64,000 nucleotides of DNA from Thermodesulfobacteriota bacterium (lineage in GTDB: Bacteria > Desulfobacterota_D > UBA1144 > Nemesobacterales > JAJCZQ01): positions 1,440,001 to 1,504,000 of the forward strand of contig OZ244044.1 in NCBI GenBank assembly GCA_965215275.1, read 5' to 3'. Position numbers and translations under genes: made by a program. This document shows, piece by piece, positions 9,314-18,482 of this stretch; position 1 is the stretch's first letter; every line of letters begins with the position of its first letter. The notes under the pieces are model-generated. The model saw only the letters and a program-made list of their open reading frames with translations, ran no database searches and had not been told where the DNA came from.

Positions 9314-9433
9314 TTATTGTGACTGACTGAAACCTGCACAGACATTTTGCTATTCATAACAAGAAGCAAATGTTTCGCAGGAAAGCCTTTCAAGGTACCT
9401 AATAGCCCTCACGCGTAGCTGGGGGCTTTTTTT
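9313..9433 (+). ncRNA. tracrRNA
   Basis: Anti-repeat ATTGTGACTGACTGAAACCTGC (9316-37) and GCTATTCATAAC (9349-60), complementary to the repeat with two G-U pairs; ends in a hairpin plus T run. Confidence 0.9.
9404..9433 (+). terminator. Intrinsic terminator of tracrRNA
   Basis: AGCCCTCA/TGGGGGCT stem followed by a T run. Confidence 0.75.
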
Positions 9434-9502
9434 ATGTGCTTTTATAACGAACGAAAGTCCATACCAAACTGCCTTTTTTCCGTAGATCAAATATTTTAAG
9501 AT

Positions 9503-10330
9503 CTATACTCTGACCTTGTTCGTGTCTATCAGATCCCTTAACCCTTCTCCCAGAAGGTTGAATGAAAAAGTGGTTATAAAGATCGCCAGACTTGGAAACA
9601 GTATCAGATGTGGGAACGTTCTTATTCCTTGCCATCCCGTACTTGCCAGGGTTCCCCAGCTTGAATCCGGTGGTGCAATGCCAAGTCCGAGAAAACTGAG
9701 AGTCGATTCTGCAAGTATAGCGTAAGGTATGGAGAACGTTATTGTGACTATTATCGACCCGAGTATATTTGGCAGTATATGTCTGAAGAATATCTTCAGC
9801 GGTCTTGCTCCTAGTGCACGTGCTGATTCAACGTATTCATATGACTTGACCTGAATGACCCCGCCCCTTACTATCCTTGCCACTCTCATCCAGGAAGTGA
9901 AGCCAAGCGCAATAACGATCCCCAATGTACCCCTGCCTATCATTAAGGTTAGAAGGACTATTACCAGAATGTCCGGTAATGAATAAAATACCTCAACTAT
10001 TCTCATTAAAAGCTCGTCCGTTTTTCCTCCTATGTATCCTGATACGGCACCGTAAGCGGTTCCGACTATCAAGGCTATAAGAGCGGTTGCAAGAGCAACG
10101 ACCATTGACACTCGTGACCCATGGATTATACGGCTCAACATATCCCTTCCCTCTTGGTCGGTTCCCATTATATAATCCCAGCTAGGAGACTGCAGCATGA
10201 CGGAAAAGTTTGTTTCATCCTGTTCGTAGGGGGCGATATAGGGAGCGGCAACGGCAATAAGTAATATGATTAGAATAACGGCTGAAGAAATGGTGATCTG
10301 GACTTTTAATGAAGTTTTTTTACCTTTCAT
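9503..10330 (-). CDS. Oligopeptide/dipeptide ABC transporter permease (OppC/DppC family)
   Basis: [30 protein letters not shown] loop, [16 protein letters not shown]. Confidence 0.9.
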   Translation of the reverse strand: MKGKKTSLKVQITISSAVILIILLIAVAAPYIAPYEQDETNFSVMLQSPSWDYIMGTDQEGRDMLSRIIHGSRVSMVVALATALIALIVGTAYGAVSGYIGGKTDELLMRIVEVFYSLPDILVIVLLTLMIGRGTLGIVIALGFTSWMRVARIVRGGVIQVKSYEYVESARALGARPLKIFFRHILPNILGSIIVTITFSIPYAILAESTLSFLGLGIAPPDSSWGTLASTGWQGIRTFPHLILFPSLAIFITTFSFNLLGEGLRDLIDTNKVRV

Positions 10331-10682
10331 ATTTTGTTCTGACTACAGTCTTGATCCCACCTCGGACGTTAAAATCTCCTGTCACTTCAGCTCTTAAAGG
10401 ATCAGCTGCCTTTACTATATCGTCCAGGACCTTGTTTGTTACGTGTTCGTGAAACTCTCCGGTGTCCCTGTATGAAAACATATAAAGCTTGAGGGATTTA
10501 AGTTCTATGCAGAGCCTGTCCGGGACGTACTTAATGTTTATTGTTGCAAAATCAGGCTGTCCCGTCTTTGGACAGATACAGGAAAATTCCGGACAGCTTA
10601 TATCAATTTCGTATTCTCTGCCCTGGTTTTTGTTCAGGAAAGTTTCAAGGATGTAAAACGGGTCTTTGTCGGTCATGATCAC
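10320..10682 (-). CDS. queF: NADPH-dependent 7-cyano-7-deazaguanine reductase (short QueF; start 10682 or 10676)
   Basis: [31 protein letters not shown]. Confidence 0.92.
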   Translation of the reverse strand: MIMTDKDPFYILETFLNKNQGREYEIDISCPEFSCICPKTGQPDFATINIKYVPDRLCIELKSLKLYMFSYRDTGEFHEHVTNKVLDDIVKAADPLRAEVTGDFNVRGGIKTVVRTKYER

Positions 10683-10858
10683 GAATGAACTGATAGCTCA
10701 ATCTCGTAGCCACGTTTTACTTTCTTTACACGACCGGGAGAGTAGTTCCTGGTTACATATCTCATTCCTTGGCTGGCAAACTCTTTTAGCTTTTTGTCTG
10801 CCGTTTTTTTCAAGCCATCTTTTGACTTTGACGAAACGGTTATGGTTTTAGCTGGCAT
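10679..10858 (-). CDS. Small basic hypothetical protein, 59 aa, absent from the ORF track
   Basis: [66 protein letters not shown] upstream; stop abuts the queF start. Confidence 0.65.
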   Translation of the reverse strand: MPAKTITVSSKSKDGLKKTADKKLKEFASQGMRYVTRNYSPGRVKKVKRGYEIELSVHS

Positions 10859-11038
10859 GGTCTTACCTCGTTAATAAAAGATTTTTTAAGATTTTATCAG
10901 AATTCTTACATCAATCAAAGAGATCAAGTAAAATCCGTATGTGAATGACAAGTTAGGCAGGTAGATTTATGTAACGTCAATTTGACTCAAAGATCATCAT
11001 TGTAATAATTAAGGCTAATAAAAACCCATATATTGGAA

Positions 11039-11112
11039 TGGGGCATCGTATAATGGCAGTACAGCGGACTCTGGATCCGCAAGTCTAGGTTCAAATCCTA
11101 GTGCCCCAGCCA
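11039..11112 (+). tRNA. tRNA-Gln (CTG)
   Basis: Acceptor TGGGGCA/TGCCCCA, anticodon arm GCGGA-CTCTGGA-TCCGC, GGTTCAAATCC T arm, CCA end. Confidence 0.96.
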
Positions 11113-11151
11113 CCATTGAAAGTTAAGTTCTGTCTCTATAACGATCGTTTT

Positions 11152-11803
11152 ATGAATAAATACGTTGCTGAATTTATAGGTACGTTCTTTTTAGTTCTGA
11201 CCATTGGGCTGACCGTAATTGAACCGGGTGTTGGTCCTCTTTTCGCACCGCTGGCTATTGTGTCAGTGCTTATTGCCATGATCTATGCGGGCTTTCACGT
11301 TTCTGGAGCTCATTATAATCCAGCCGTTACACTTGCGGTATGGCTGAGGGGTAAGATCCCAGCTTCGCATGTTCCGGGATATATATTTGCGCATCTTTCC
11401 GCGTCGGCGGCTGCGGCCCATACTGACCATCTACTTCAAAGGCAGCGGGACAGCCACAGTATCAACTCCGGCAGCTCTACATGTTCTTATCGCGGAGTTT
11501 GTTTTTACGTTTGCTCTTTGTTACGTTGTGCTACATGTTGCAACGTCAAGGAGTGCAGCGGGTAATTCATATTATGGTGTTGCCATCGGACTTACCGTTT
11601 TGGCTGGTATATACGCAGTTGGAGAAATATCAGGAGGTGTATTCAATCCGGCCGTGGCATTAGGAATGTCCATATTGAACGTTTTGGACTTTAGCGACAT
11701 CTGGGTATTCCTTGTCGCTAATTTTGCAGGAGGTGCTGCCGCGGAACTTGTATTTACTTTACTCAATCCAGAAGATAGAATTAGTATAAAGGAGGGAAGA
11801 TAA
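11152..11803 (+). pseudogene. Aquaporin (MIP family) split by a 1-nt frameshift near 11417
   Basis: MNKYVAEFIGTFFLV and HYNPAVT in one frame, VFNPAVA in another; total 652 nt (3n+1). Confidence 0.8.
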
Positions 11804-12094
11804 ATGAGCATTGGAATAGCTGTAAAGGCAAAATTAAAACCTGAAATGGTTGAAGAGACAAAACAGTTCTTTATTGATAATATTGCAGATACCAGAAATT
11901 TTGAGGGATGTGAATGGGTTAATATGTTTTTGGATGAAGACGACCCGACCGTCATGTTCATAGTTGAAAGCTGGCAATCAAAGGAACATTATGAAAAGTA
12001 CCATCACTGGCGAGCAGAGAACGGTAGTTTAGATAAAATACGCAGCTTTCTGGCAGGTGGGGTTGAAAGGACCTTCGGGACTATAGTGGCATAA
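11804..12094 (+). CDS. Antibiotic biosynthesis monooxygenase (ABM) domain protein
   Basis: 96 aa; TRNFEGC...FIVESWQSKEHY pattern. Confidence 0.75.
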   Translation: MSIGIAVKAKLKPEMVEETKQFFIDNIADTRNFEGCEWVNMFLDEDDPTVMFIVESWQSKEHYEKYHHWRAENGSLDKIRSFLAGGVERTFGTIVA

Positions 12095-12130
12095 GAACGG
12101 ACTGATATGTCTTTTGACAGTTTTTAGGGA

Positions 12131-12388
12131 CTATTTTTCATTGTTTTCATTGATTATATCAAATCCATCTCTGGATATTTGATAAATATCGCTGTCATCA
12201 GCAAATCTCGGGTCGCCTTCGATAAGTTCAATTAGGTTTTTCTTCACCAAGAGTTTAAACATGTCCCTGCCACTAAAATCTTTTGCAAGAAATAAAACGT
12301 TCTTCAGTTCCCCACGGTTTATTCTGTTACCGTAGGCGTAGCCTTTGATCAGTTCAAGTGCAGGTTTTATAAAGTTTTCAATACCCAT
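12131..12388 (-). CDS. Hypothetical protein
   Basis: 85-aa ORF filling an intergenic gap; no recognised motif. Confidence 0.5.
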   Translation of the reverse strand: MGIENFIKPALELIKGYAYGNRINRGELKNVLFLAKDFSGRDMFKLLVKKNLIELIEGDPRFADDSDIYQISRDGFDIINENNEK

Positions 12389-12520
12389 ATAGATCGAAAG
12401 TCGGAAGATAATTACTGGATTTTCCCTGTTTCCCCTATCTCCTAGATATTCCAGTGTTGGTCGTTCTGTTTATACGTCGTTTAAAGTGAAACTGTTAATA
12501 TCAACGAAGGAGTAACGGTC

Positions 12521-12934
12521 CTATTTTCGCGCTTTAAAATTGATCTTTGTCACTTCCGGACTTGACTCTGCTTTATTCTTTCCCACAGTGAATTTACATT
12601 CGTCAAGAATGGCACCATCTTCCACGCTGGCTGACTCAGCCTCGACCACGGAATTTCCTTTAATATTGGCAGTTTTGTGAACCTTTAAGACCTGGGTTTT
12701 GATCAGTCCTTCAACCGTTCCGAAGATTATTAACTTTGATGAACTTATATTTCCAATTATTTTGCCTGTTTCCCCAATTATAACGTTTTGTTCAACTTTT
12801 ATATTACCTTTTAAGAAACCCTCTATCCTGATCGACGACGATGAATTTATACTTCCTTCAAAAGAAGCCCCTTCGCTTAAAAGGGTTGTTACTTTGTCCT
12901 TGTTGTGCATTATTGTTTTACCTATATTAAACAT
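12521..12934 (-). CDS. Bactofilin (polymer-forming cytoskeletal protein)
   Basis: TLLSEGASFEGSI...IRIEG...VIIGETGKIIGNI beta-helix repeats; downstream of an M23 gene. Confidence 0.85.
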   Translation of the reverse strand: MFNIGKTIMHNKDKVTTLLSEGASFEGSINSSSSIRIEGFLKGNIKVEQNVIIGETGKIIGNISSSKLIIFGTVEGLIKTQVLKVHKTANIKGNSVVEAESASVEDGAILDECKFTVGKNKAESSPEVTKINFKARK

Positions 12935-12955
12935 CTTATCTGTCCGTAAAATATA

Positions 12956-13846
12956 TTACCCCATGTCTATATATTTTTTAGGGTTGACCCTTTTACCGTT
13001 TTTTATGATCTCATAATGTAAATGGGGTCCGGTTGATCTGCCGGTTGATCCCACCTTACCGACCTCATCTCCGGATGAGACCTTTTGTCCTTTAACGACT
13101 TTTATTCTGGAAAGATGTGCGTACAGGGTTTTAAACCCATTTTTATGTTTTATAATAACGCACTTGCCGTAGCCTCCATATCGTCCTGCGACTTCAACAA
13201 TGCCGTCTGCAGTTGTTTTAACGGGAGTTCCCGTAGATGCGGAGAAATCTATGCCTGAATGGAAAGCCCTTTTTTTCTTGAAAGGGTCTATTCTGTATCC
13301 ATATAGGGATGTGACCGAACTGTCAACAGGGGCCCCTATCGGGTAGGAGCGAAGGGCTCTGATCGTATCTTCAGTACGCTTGCTTATCAGGTCCAGGTAT
13401 TTGTCATTTAGCCTGTCTGGATTATCCGGTTCAAGATAAAGTCCTCCGATAGAAAGTTCTTTACTTATTCCTTTTTTCTCCAATACTTTTTCCATATACA
13501 TTAATTTTTCTTCTATCTCTTGAAGTTTTTTAACCTTTTCCTTTAGTTCTATTACTTCTTTCTTTGCCAGATTTTCCTTACTGTTGGGATCGTTATCATC
13601 CTCACTGCTGCATGCATGGGCAGAACCTTTATACTTTTCGGGTTTTAAAATGTTAGTTATCAGAAAAGAAGAGTTGTTACTTGCAACGGAATTGTCCTGT
13701 GAAACATAGGAGTACAACCATATAGTGGAGAAAAATGTAATTACACTGAAACACACAAAAGAAAACAGGAGCGAGTTAAGATTAAAATGCCTGGAAGAAC
13801 CCTTTCCTTCGGAAATCAAGACAATTTTCATATTGTTTTTTAACAT
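12956..13846 (-). CDS. M23 family metallopeptidase
   Basis: HSGIDF, TLYAHLS, GRSTGPHLHYE; N-terminal TM segment and coiled coil. Confidence 0.92.
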   Translation of the reverse strand: MLKNNMKIVLISEGKGSSRHFNLNSLLFSFVCFSVITFFSTIWLYSYVSQDNSVASNNSSFLITNILKPEKYKGSAHACSSEDDNDPNSKENLAKKEVIELKEKVKKLQEIEEKLMYMEKVLEKKGISKELSIGGLYLEPDNPDRLNDKYLDLISKRTEDTIRALRSYPIGAPVDSSVTSLYGYRIDPFKKKRAFHSGIDFSASTGTPVKTTADGIVEVAGRYGGYGKCVIIKHKNGFKTLYAHLSRIKVVKGQKVSSGDEVGKVGSTGRSTGPHLHYEIIKNGKRVNPKKYIDMG

Positions 13847-13939
13847 CTTTTACCCCTCTTTTTTATTCCAGATCTCGTGATTTCATAAAAACACTTGAAG
13901 TATGTTGAAATTATTTCATTTATAACTGTAAAATGCAAG

Positions 13940-14947
13940 TCAAATAAAGCTGTTAATCACTTTATTGAAAAAATTTCTTTCAAGCATAAATACCGAATTG
14001 GCGGTCCGGGAAGTTGATAAGAATTGATCTTTAGGGGATCCCATCTCACTTATATTTTTCAGTTTTTCAGCAATTACGCCCCACTCCCTCCCAATCCTGT
14101 CCATATGAGAAGCCAGTTTCAATTCTGAGATCAAAGGACATACGTCTTTCATTTCATCCAGGAAATCTCTGTACATCCACCTGAACCCCGCACCGTCGAC
14201 GCCGCGTTTACTGATGACCTGATAAGCAAACCTTGAGGCCCATTGCCAGTCGTCAAGGTCTTTCCAGTCTGGCAGGTCATCGGCCCATGACTTGATGACC
14301 GTTAAGCCGCTTTTACCACGTGAATTTTCAAAGCCATTGATCATAAGTTCGGCATTTTTCCTTATAGCCTCGGGTACGGTTTTTTTCAGATCTATGCTTT
14401 TACGGTCCAGGGTCACCTTTATGTTATTGTTATTGAGTGGATATGGCTGAATTTTTGAACTCCTTGCCATGGACAGCTTTTTAAATGAGACCTCTTTAAT
14501 ATCGCCGAACGAAGTATCTGAAAGGTAAAAGATATTTTTTTTATCGTCATATCCACAGACAACTACAATATGACCCGGAAAATGCGTACTTGAACCATAG
14601 TAATCAAGATAAAAGATATCGGTCTGTATCAATACGGGAACACCGTTGTTTATGCTTTCAATAAGTTCTTCCATTGCCTTGTCCGGATTTTCTTCATAAC
14701 TCCAGTCGCTGATCTCCATACCAAAATGATTAAGGAAATTTACCTCCATACCAGGACCTCTCAGATGTATCGATCTTGTGGGGCTGGAGTCTTCGTTGAC
14801 GTAGTAATAAAATCCAAGACCGCTTCCCAGTCCAAAGCACGTCTCTTCAGAGTATTGCGACCCGTAGAAATCCATTACGTCTCTGATCGCAACGGAACCG
14901 CAGTGTATTCCAGGCAGATGGTTCCAGTCTTTCAGTATTTTTTTCAT
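13940..14947 (-). CDS. BtrH N-terminal domain / DUF4872-like protein
   Basis: HLPGIHC, FGLGSGLGF, D-IFYLDYY, HFPGHIVVVCGYD. Confidence 0.7.
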   Translation of the reverse strand: MKKILKDWNHLPGIHCGSVAIRDVMDFYGSQYSEETCFGLGSGLGFYYYVNEDSSPTRSIHLRGPGMEVNFLNHFGMEISDWSYEENPDKAMEELIESINNGVPVLIQTDIFYLDYYGSSTHFPGHIVVVCGYDDKKNIFYLSDTSFGDIKEVSFKKLSMARSSKIQPYPLNNNNIKVTLDRKSIDLKKTVPEAIRKNAELMINGFENSRGKSGLTVIKSWADDLPDWKDLDDWQWASRFAYQVISKRGVDGAGFRWMYRDFLDEMKDVCPLISELKLASHMDRIGREWGVIAEKLKNISEMGSPKDQFLSTSRTANSVFMLERNFFNKVINSFI

Positions 14948-15032
14948 AGGATTGCAGGACCTGCGGAGCAGTTCAGATCCGTAGTTTAAACAAGGAAGTA
15001 ATATACTTCAGTACCGAGAGCAATCAAAAAGC

Positions 15033-15623
15033 TTATTTTCTTTCAGGTTTATAAAACGCTGAGATTAAAGCTGTAAGAACGTTCAGAAATGCCCATAAAG
15101 ACAGTATTACGGCCGTTGTGGTCTTAAAATACACCCTTGGCATAATATAAAATAACGTATCCTGCCTTGTCAGTTTCCATAGATCGTTATCGAACAGAAC
15201 AGGATGAAAAATATCTCTCCAGAAGGTCTTGAAATTCGGCAGAACGATAAAAAAACAAAGGGCTATGATAAGGTTAACGACCGCGAATTTATAAAGTCCT
15301 GATATTTTTCTTCGGAGCATTGTCAGTACAGTGACCGCCAAAAAAGCAGCTATGAACATTATGTCTAAAATAGTCCTGACTTCGTTTAAATGTATTTTTT
15401 CATTTACTCTCCACTGATCGTTCAGTTCTTTCTTGTGCAGGAGAAAAGAGACAAGGTTATCTGCTGCATTTTCGACGTTATCAGACCCTAGGACTTCACA
15501 CCTGTTGTGAAAGCTGCATCCATATTGTATCCAGTGGGAACTGTAGGAAGTTAATGCAAACGGCACATAGAAGGTTAAGTAAAATAACGATATGAAAATA
15601 ATAAGGTTACTGACCGCTCTCAT
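15033..15623 (-). CDS. Membrane protein, DUF1461-like
   Basis: EKIHLNEVR and FHPVLFDNDLW motifs; several TM segments. Confidence 0.65.
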   Translation of the reverse strand: MRAVSNLIIFISLFYLTFYVPFALTSYSSHWIQYGCSFHNRCEVLGSDNVENAADNLVSFLLHKKELNDQWRVNEKIHLNEVRTILDIMFIAAFLAVTVLTMLRRKISGLYKFAVVNLIIALCFFIVLPNFKTFWRDIFHPVLFDNDLWKLTRQDTLFYIMPRVYFKTTTAVILSLWAFLNVLTALISAFYKPERK

Positions 15624-15709
15624 TGTAACTGTCCTGGTAAAGAGATAAAGATCTGATTAACTTGAATTTTAGATAAAATACAAAAATGTAATATACTCGT
15701 CAGTATAAG

Positions 15710-16657
15710 ATGAGCAATGATAATATTTCGTTAGAGAAAATACTGAAGAGCAGCAAAAAGGCAATGTTAATAGGTATTGGCGGTGGGGGTGATATAGTGG
15801 GTACGATCCCCACGGCTGGTCTGTTGAGTATGTTTGGTGCTGATCACCTGCTAGGGGGACTTTCTTGGGAAAGACCATCGATCGACCCCGTACCTGGACC
15901 CAGAACGTTCGAAGAGACGATAAATGCAGATAAGCTGAACGATACGGTCTGGTATTGTAATAAGGATACAGGAACTTCCACGGGAGTTGCTTTTGCAGAA
16001 GCACTGGTATCGAAGGTACTTGGAGTTAAAACGCTTTTGATCGATATAAATTACGGACCTATGGCAACTGCTAAGGGAATAACTGATGCTGCAGAAAAGC
16101 TCGGTGTGGACTTGATCATAGGGATCGACGTTGGTGGTGATGCAATTGCAACGGGAAAAGAAAAAGGGATATTAAGTCCGTTGGCGGATTCAGTAATGAT
16201 CGCCTCGCTTTATGAGGTCAGTAAAAAGATAAGAACGATTATAGGTGTTTTCGGGTTTGGCAGTGACGGGGAACTGACGATCTCCGAACTTGAAAGTTCT
16301 GTTGGGCAAATTGCTGAACACGGCGGGATACTGGGCAGCTGGGGAATGACCTTGGATGTTGTGAGACTGATGGAAAAAGTGATAAAGGTAGTTCCGACTG
16401 AGGCAAGCAGGTCTCCCGTTCAGTATGCCAGGGGTGAATTTAAAAAAAACCGTATAAGAAGGGGTACACGGTCCGTTACGCTGAACTTTTCGTCAACGGT
16501 AACGATCTATATCGACCCGGTTGTATTGTTTGAAAAAATATCGGTGCTTGCAAGGCTGATAGCGAAATGCACAGGTATTGAAGAGGCAAACAGGTCCCTG
16601 CACGAATTTGGAATAAAATCCGAACTTGATCTGGAGAGGGAAAGGACCGTTATTTAG
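15710..16657 (+). CDS. DUF1152-like protein
   Basis: GIGGGGDI, GIDVGGD, SPLADS, GFGSDGEL. Confidence 0.7.
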   Translation: MSNDNISLEKILKSSKKAMLIGIGGGGDIVGTIPTAGLLSMFGADHLLGGLSWERPSIDPVPGPRTFEETINADKLNDTVWYCNKDTGTSTGVAFAEALVSKVLGVKTLLIDINYGPMATAKGITDAAEKLGVDLIIGIDVGGDAIATGKEKGILSPLADSVMIASLYEVSKKIRTIIGVFGFGSDGELTISELESSVGQIAEHGGILGSWGMTLDVVRLMEKVIKVVPTEASRSPVQYARGEFKKNRIRRGTRSVTLNFSSTVTIYIDPVVLFEKISVLARLIAKCTGIEEANRSLHEFGIKSELDLERERTVI

Positions 16658-16771
16658 AAAAAGCGTATCTGCGTTTTTAATTTTCTCTGACGTTCGGACC
16701 ATAGATGTTGATGTAGTTAAGACTTATTAGACCAGCTTTGGCACGCGAAAAAGCTGACATGATTTTCGTTA

Positions 16772-17167
16772 TTATTGATATAAATATTGCCTGATGGTGT
16801 TAAGTATTTCCTGAGAACGTGCCTTGTTCCCAAGCTTTCCTACCTTAACTCTCATTTCTGTATGATTTTCAGCTTTCCATTTTATAACTATTTTTACCGT
16901 TTTGCCTTTGGCATTCCGTGCTTTTACCGTTTCCTGAAAATACCATAGTGTCGATTGCTTGACAGATGTCACCGTGTAGCCAAGTTCATCCATACTTTTC
17001 AGCACTGCCTCCATGCATTGTTTATATGGTGCACCTTCATTGGAGATCAGGTCCCCATGTTTGTAAAGAACTACACCTGCAACCGTTCCACCAATAATTC
17101 CAGCGGCCAGACAGGATGACATCAGTACAGTGAGTGCTAATATCGGTAATATACTCAGTTTTTTCAT
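16772..17167 (-). CDS. Lipoprotein, DUF3568-like
   Basis: Lipobox LMSSC, Gly-rich segment, RVKVGKLGN. Confidence 0.65.
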   Translation of the reverse strand: MKKLSILPILALTVLMSSCLAAGIIGGTVAGVVLYKHGDLISNEGAPYKQCMEAVLKSMDELGYTVTSVKQSTLWYFQETVKARNAKGKTVKIVIKWKAENHTEMRVKVGKLGNKARSQEILNTIRQYLYQ

Positions 17168-17375
17168 GTAAATTACTTTATCAGACAGTTATTCTATATG
17201 AATGTTATTAAAATTTCATATAGAATAATCCTTGGCTGTTCGATTTAAGAAGCAAGCATAAAAACATACATAAAATGTCAGAAATAAAAAAGACGATATC
17301 TGATCGTCTGATGATCATCAGAACAATAAAACGGTCGTTCTTGCCGGAGCGATTAAGCTGCAGGATGGAAATTTT

Positions 17376-18482
17376 ATGAACTATAAAGACATATTTCAGG
17401 AGACCTATCTTAACAACAGCGTTGAACAGTGGCTTATTGCACTTGGAGTTTTGGTTGGTTTAAGCCTTGCACTGTTCACCCTTAACAGGCTGTTTATCAA
17501 ACGCTTTGAAAAAATTTCACGGAAGACCAATAACCAGCTTGATGATCTGGTCGTAAAACTTTTATCTAAAACCAACACTTTGATGCTTATAGTTGCTTCT
17601 CTTTACGTTGGTTCTCTTTTCTTAAATATCAATGAAAGCATGACGTCTGCAAGAAAGAGCATGGTGGTGATAGCCTTGCTCTTCCAGGTTGCATTTTGGT
17701 GTTCGGGCATAATTTCTTACTATACGAACAGACTGCTTAAAGAAGATGAGGGCAAGACTGGGAAAAAGATCACACATATAAAAGCAGTCAGCTTTGTTAT
17801 AGAGGTGTTGTTATGGGTGACCATTATACTTCTCATTGCAAACAATCTGGGGTTCAATATCACTACTTTGATAGCAGGTCTTGGAATTGGAGGTATAGCG
17901 ATAGCCCTGGCACTTCAGAGCATTCTTGGTGATATAATTGCGTCACTCTCAATAATTTTAGATAAACCATTTGAGATCGGTGATTACATAGTAATTGGCG
18001 ACTTGCAAGGGGACGTTGAGAACATAGGTTTAAAAACCACCAGGGTGAAGAGTCTCTCGGGTGAACAGCTGGTTTTTTCCAACAACGACTTGCTTCAAAG
18101 CAGGATAAAGAACTATAAAAAGATGACAGCACGCAGAGTAGTATTCACGCTTGGAGTCGTATATGACACTTCGTATGAAAAGCTGAAGCAGATCCCTCAA
18201 ATATTAAAAGATATTATTACTTCAGTGGATAAAGCGACATTTCTGCGTGCTCACTTCTTCTCCTATGGAGATTTTTCCCTGAACTTTGAAGTAGTTTACA
18301 ACGTTGACGACAATGAATATGGCCAGTATATGGAAGCACAGCAAAACATCAATCTTGCAATACTGAAAAAATTCAGAGAGGAAGGTATAGAGTTTGCCTA
18401 TCCAACTCAAAAGCTTCTTGTTGACAGGGCTGATAATAACGCAGAAATAAAAACCGAATTAAGGGAAAACAGCAGTGGCTAA
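17376..18482 (+). CDS. Small-conductance mechanosensitive channel (MscS family)
   Basis: AGLGIGGIAIALALQ, DKPFEIGD, IGLKTTR, GIEFAYPTQ. Confidence 0.92.
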   Translation: MNYKDIFQETYLNNSVEQWLIALGVLVGLSLALFTLNRLFIKRFEKISRKTNNQLDDLVVKLLSKTNTLMLIVASLYVGSLFLNINESMTSARKSMVVIALLFQVAFWCSGIISYYTNRLLKEDEGKTGKKITHIKAVSFVIEVLLWVTIILLIANNLGFNITTLIAGLGIGGIAIALALQSILGDIIASLSIILDKPFEIGDYIVIGDLQGDVENIGLKTTRVKSLSGEQLVFSNNDLLQSRIKNYKKMTARRVVFTLGVVYDTSYEKLKQIPQILKDIITSVDKATFLRAHFFSYGDFSLNFEVVYNVDDNEYGQYMEAQQNINLAILKKFREEGIEFAYPTQKLLVDRADNNAEIKTELRENSSG

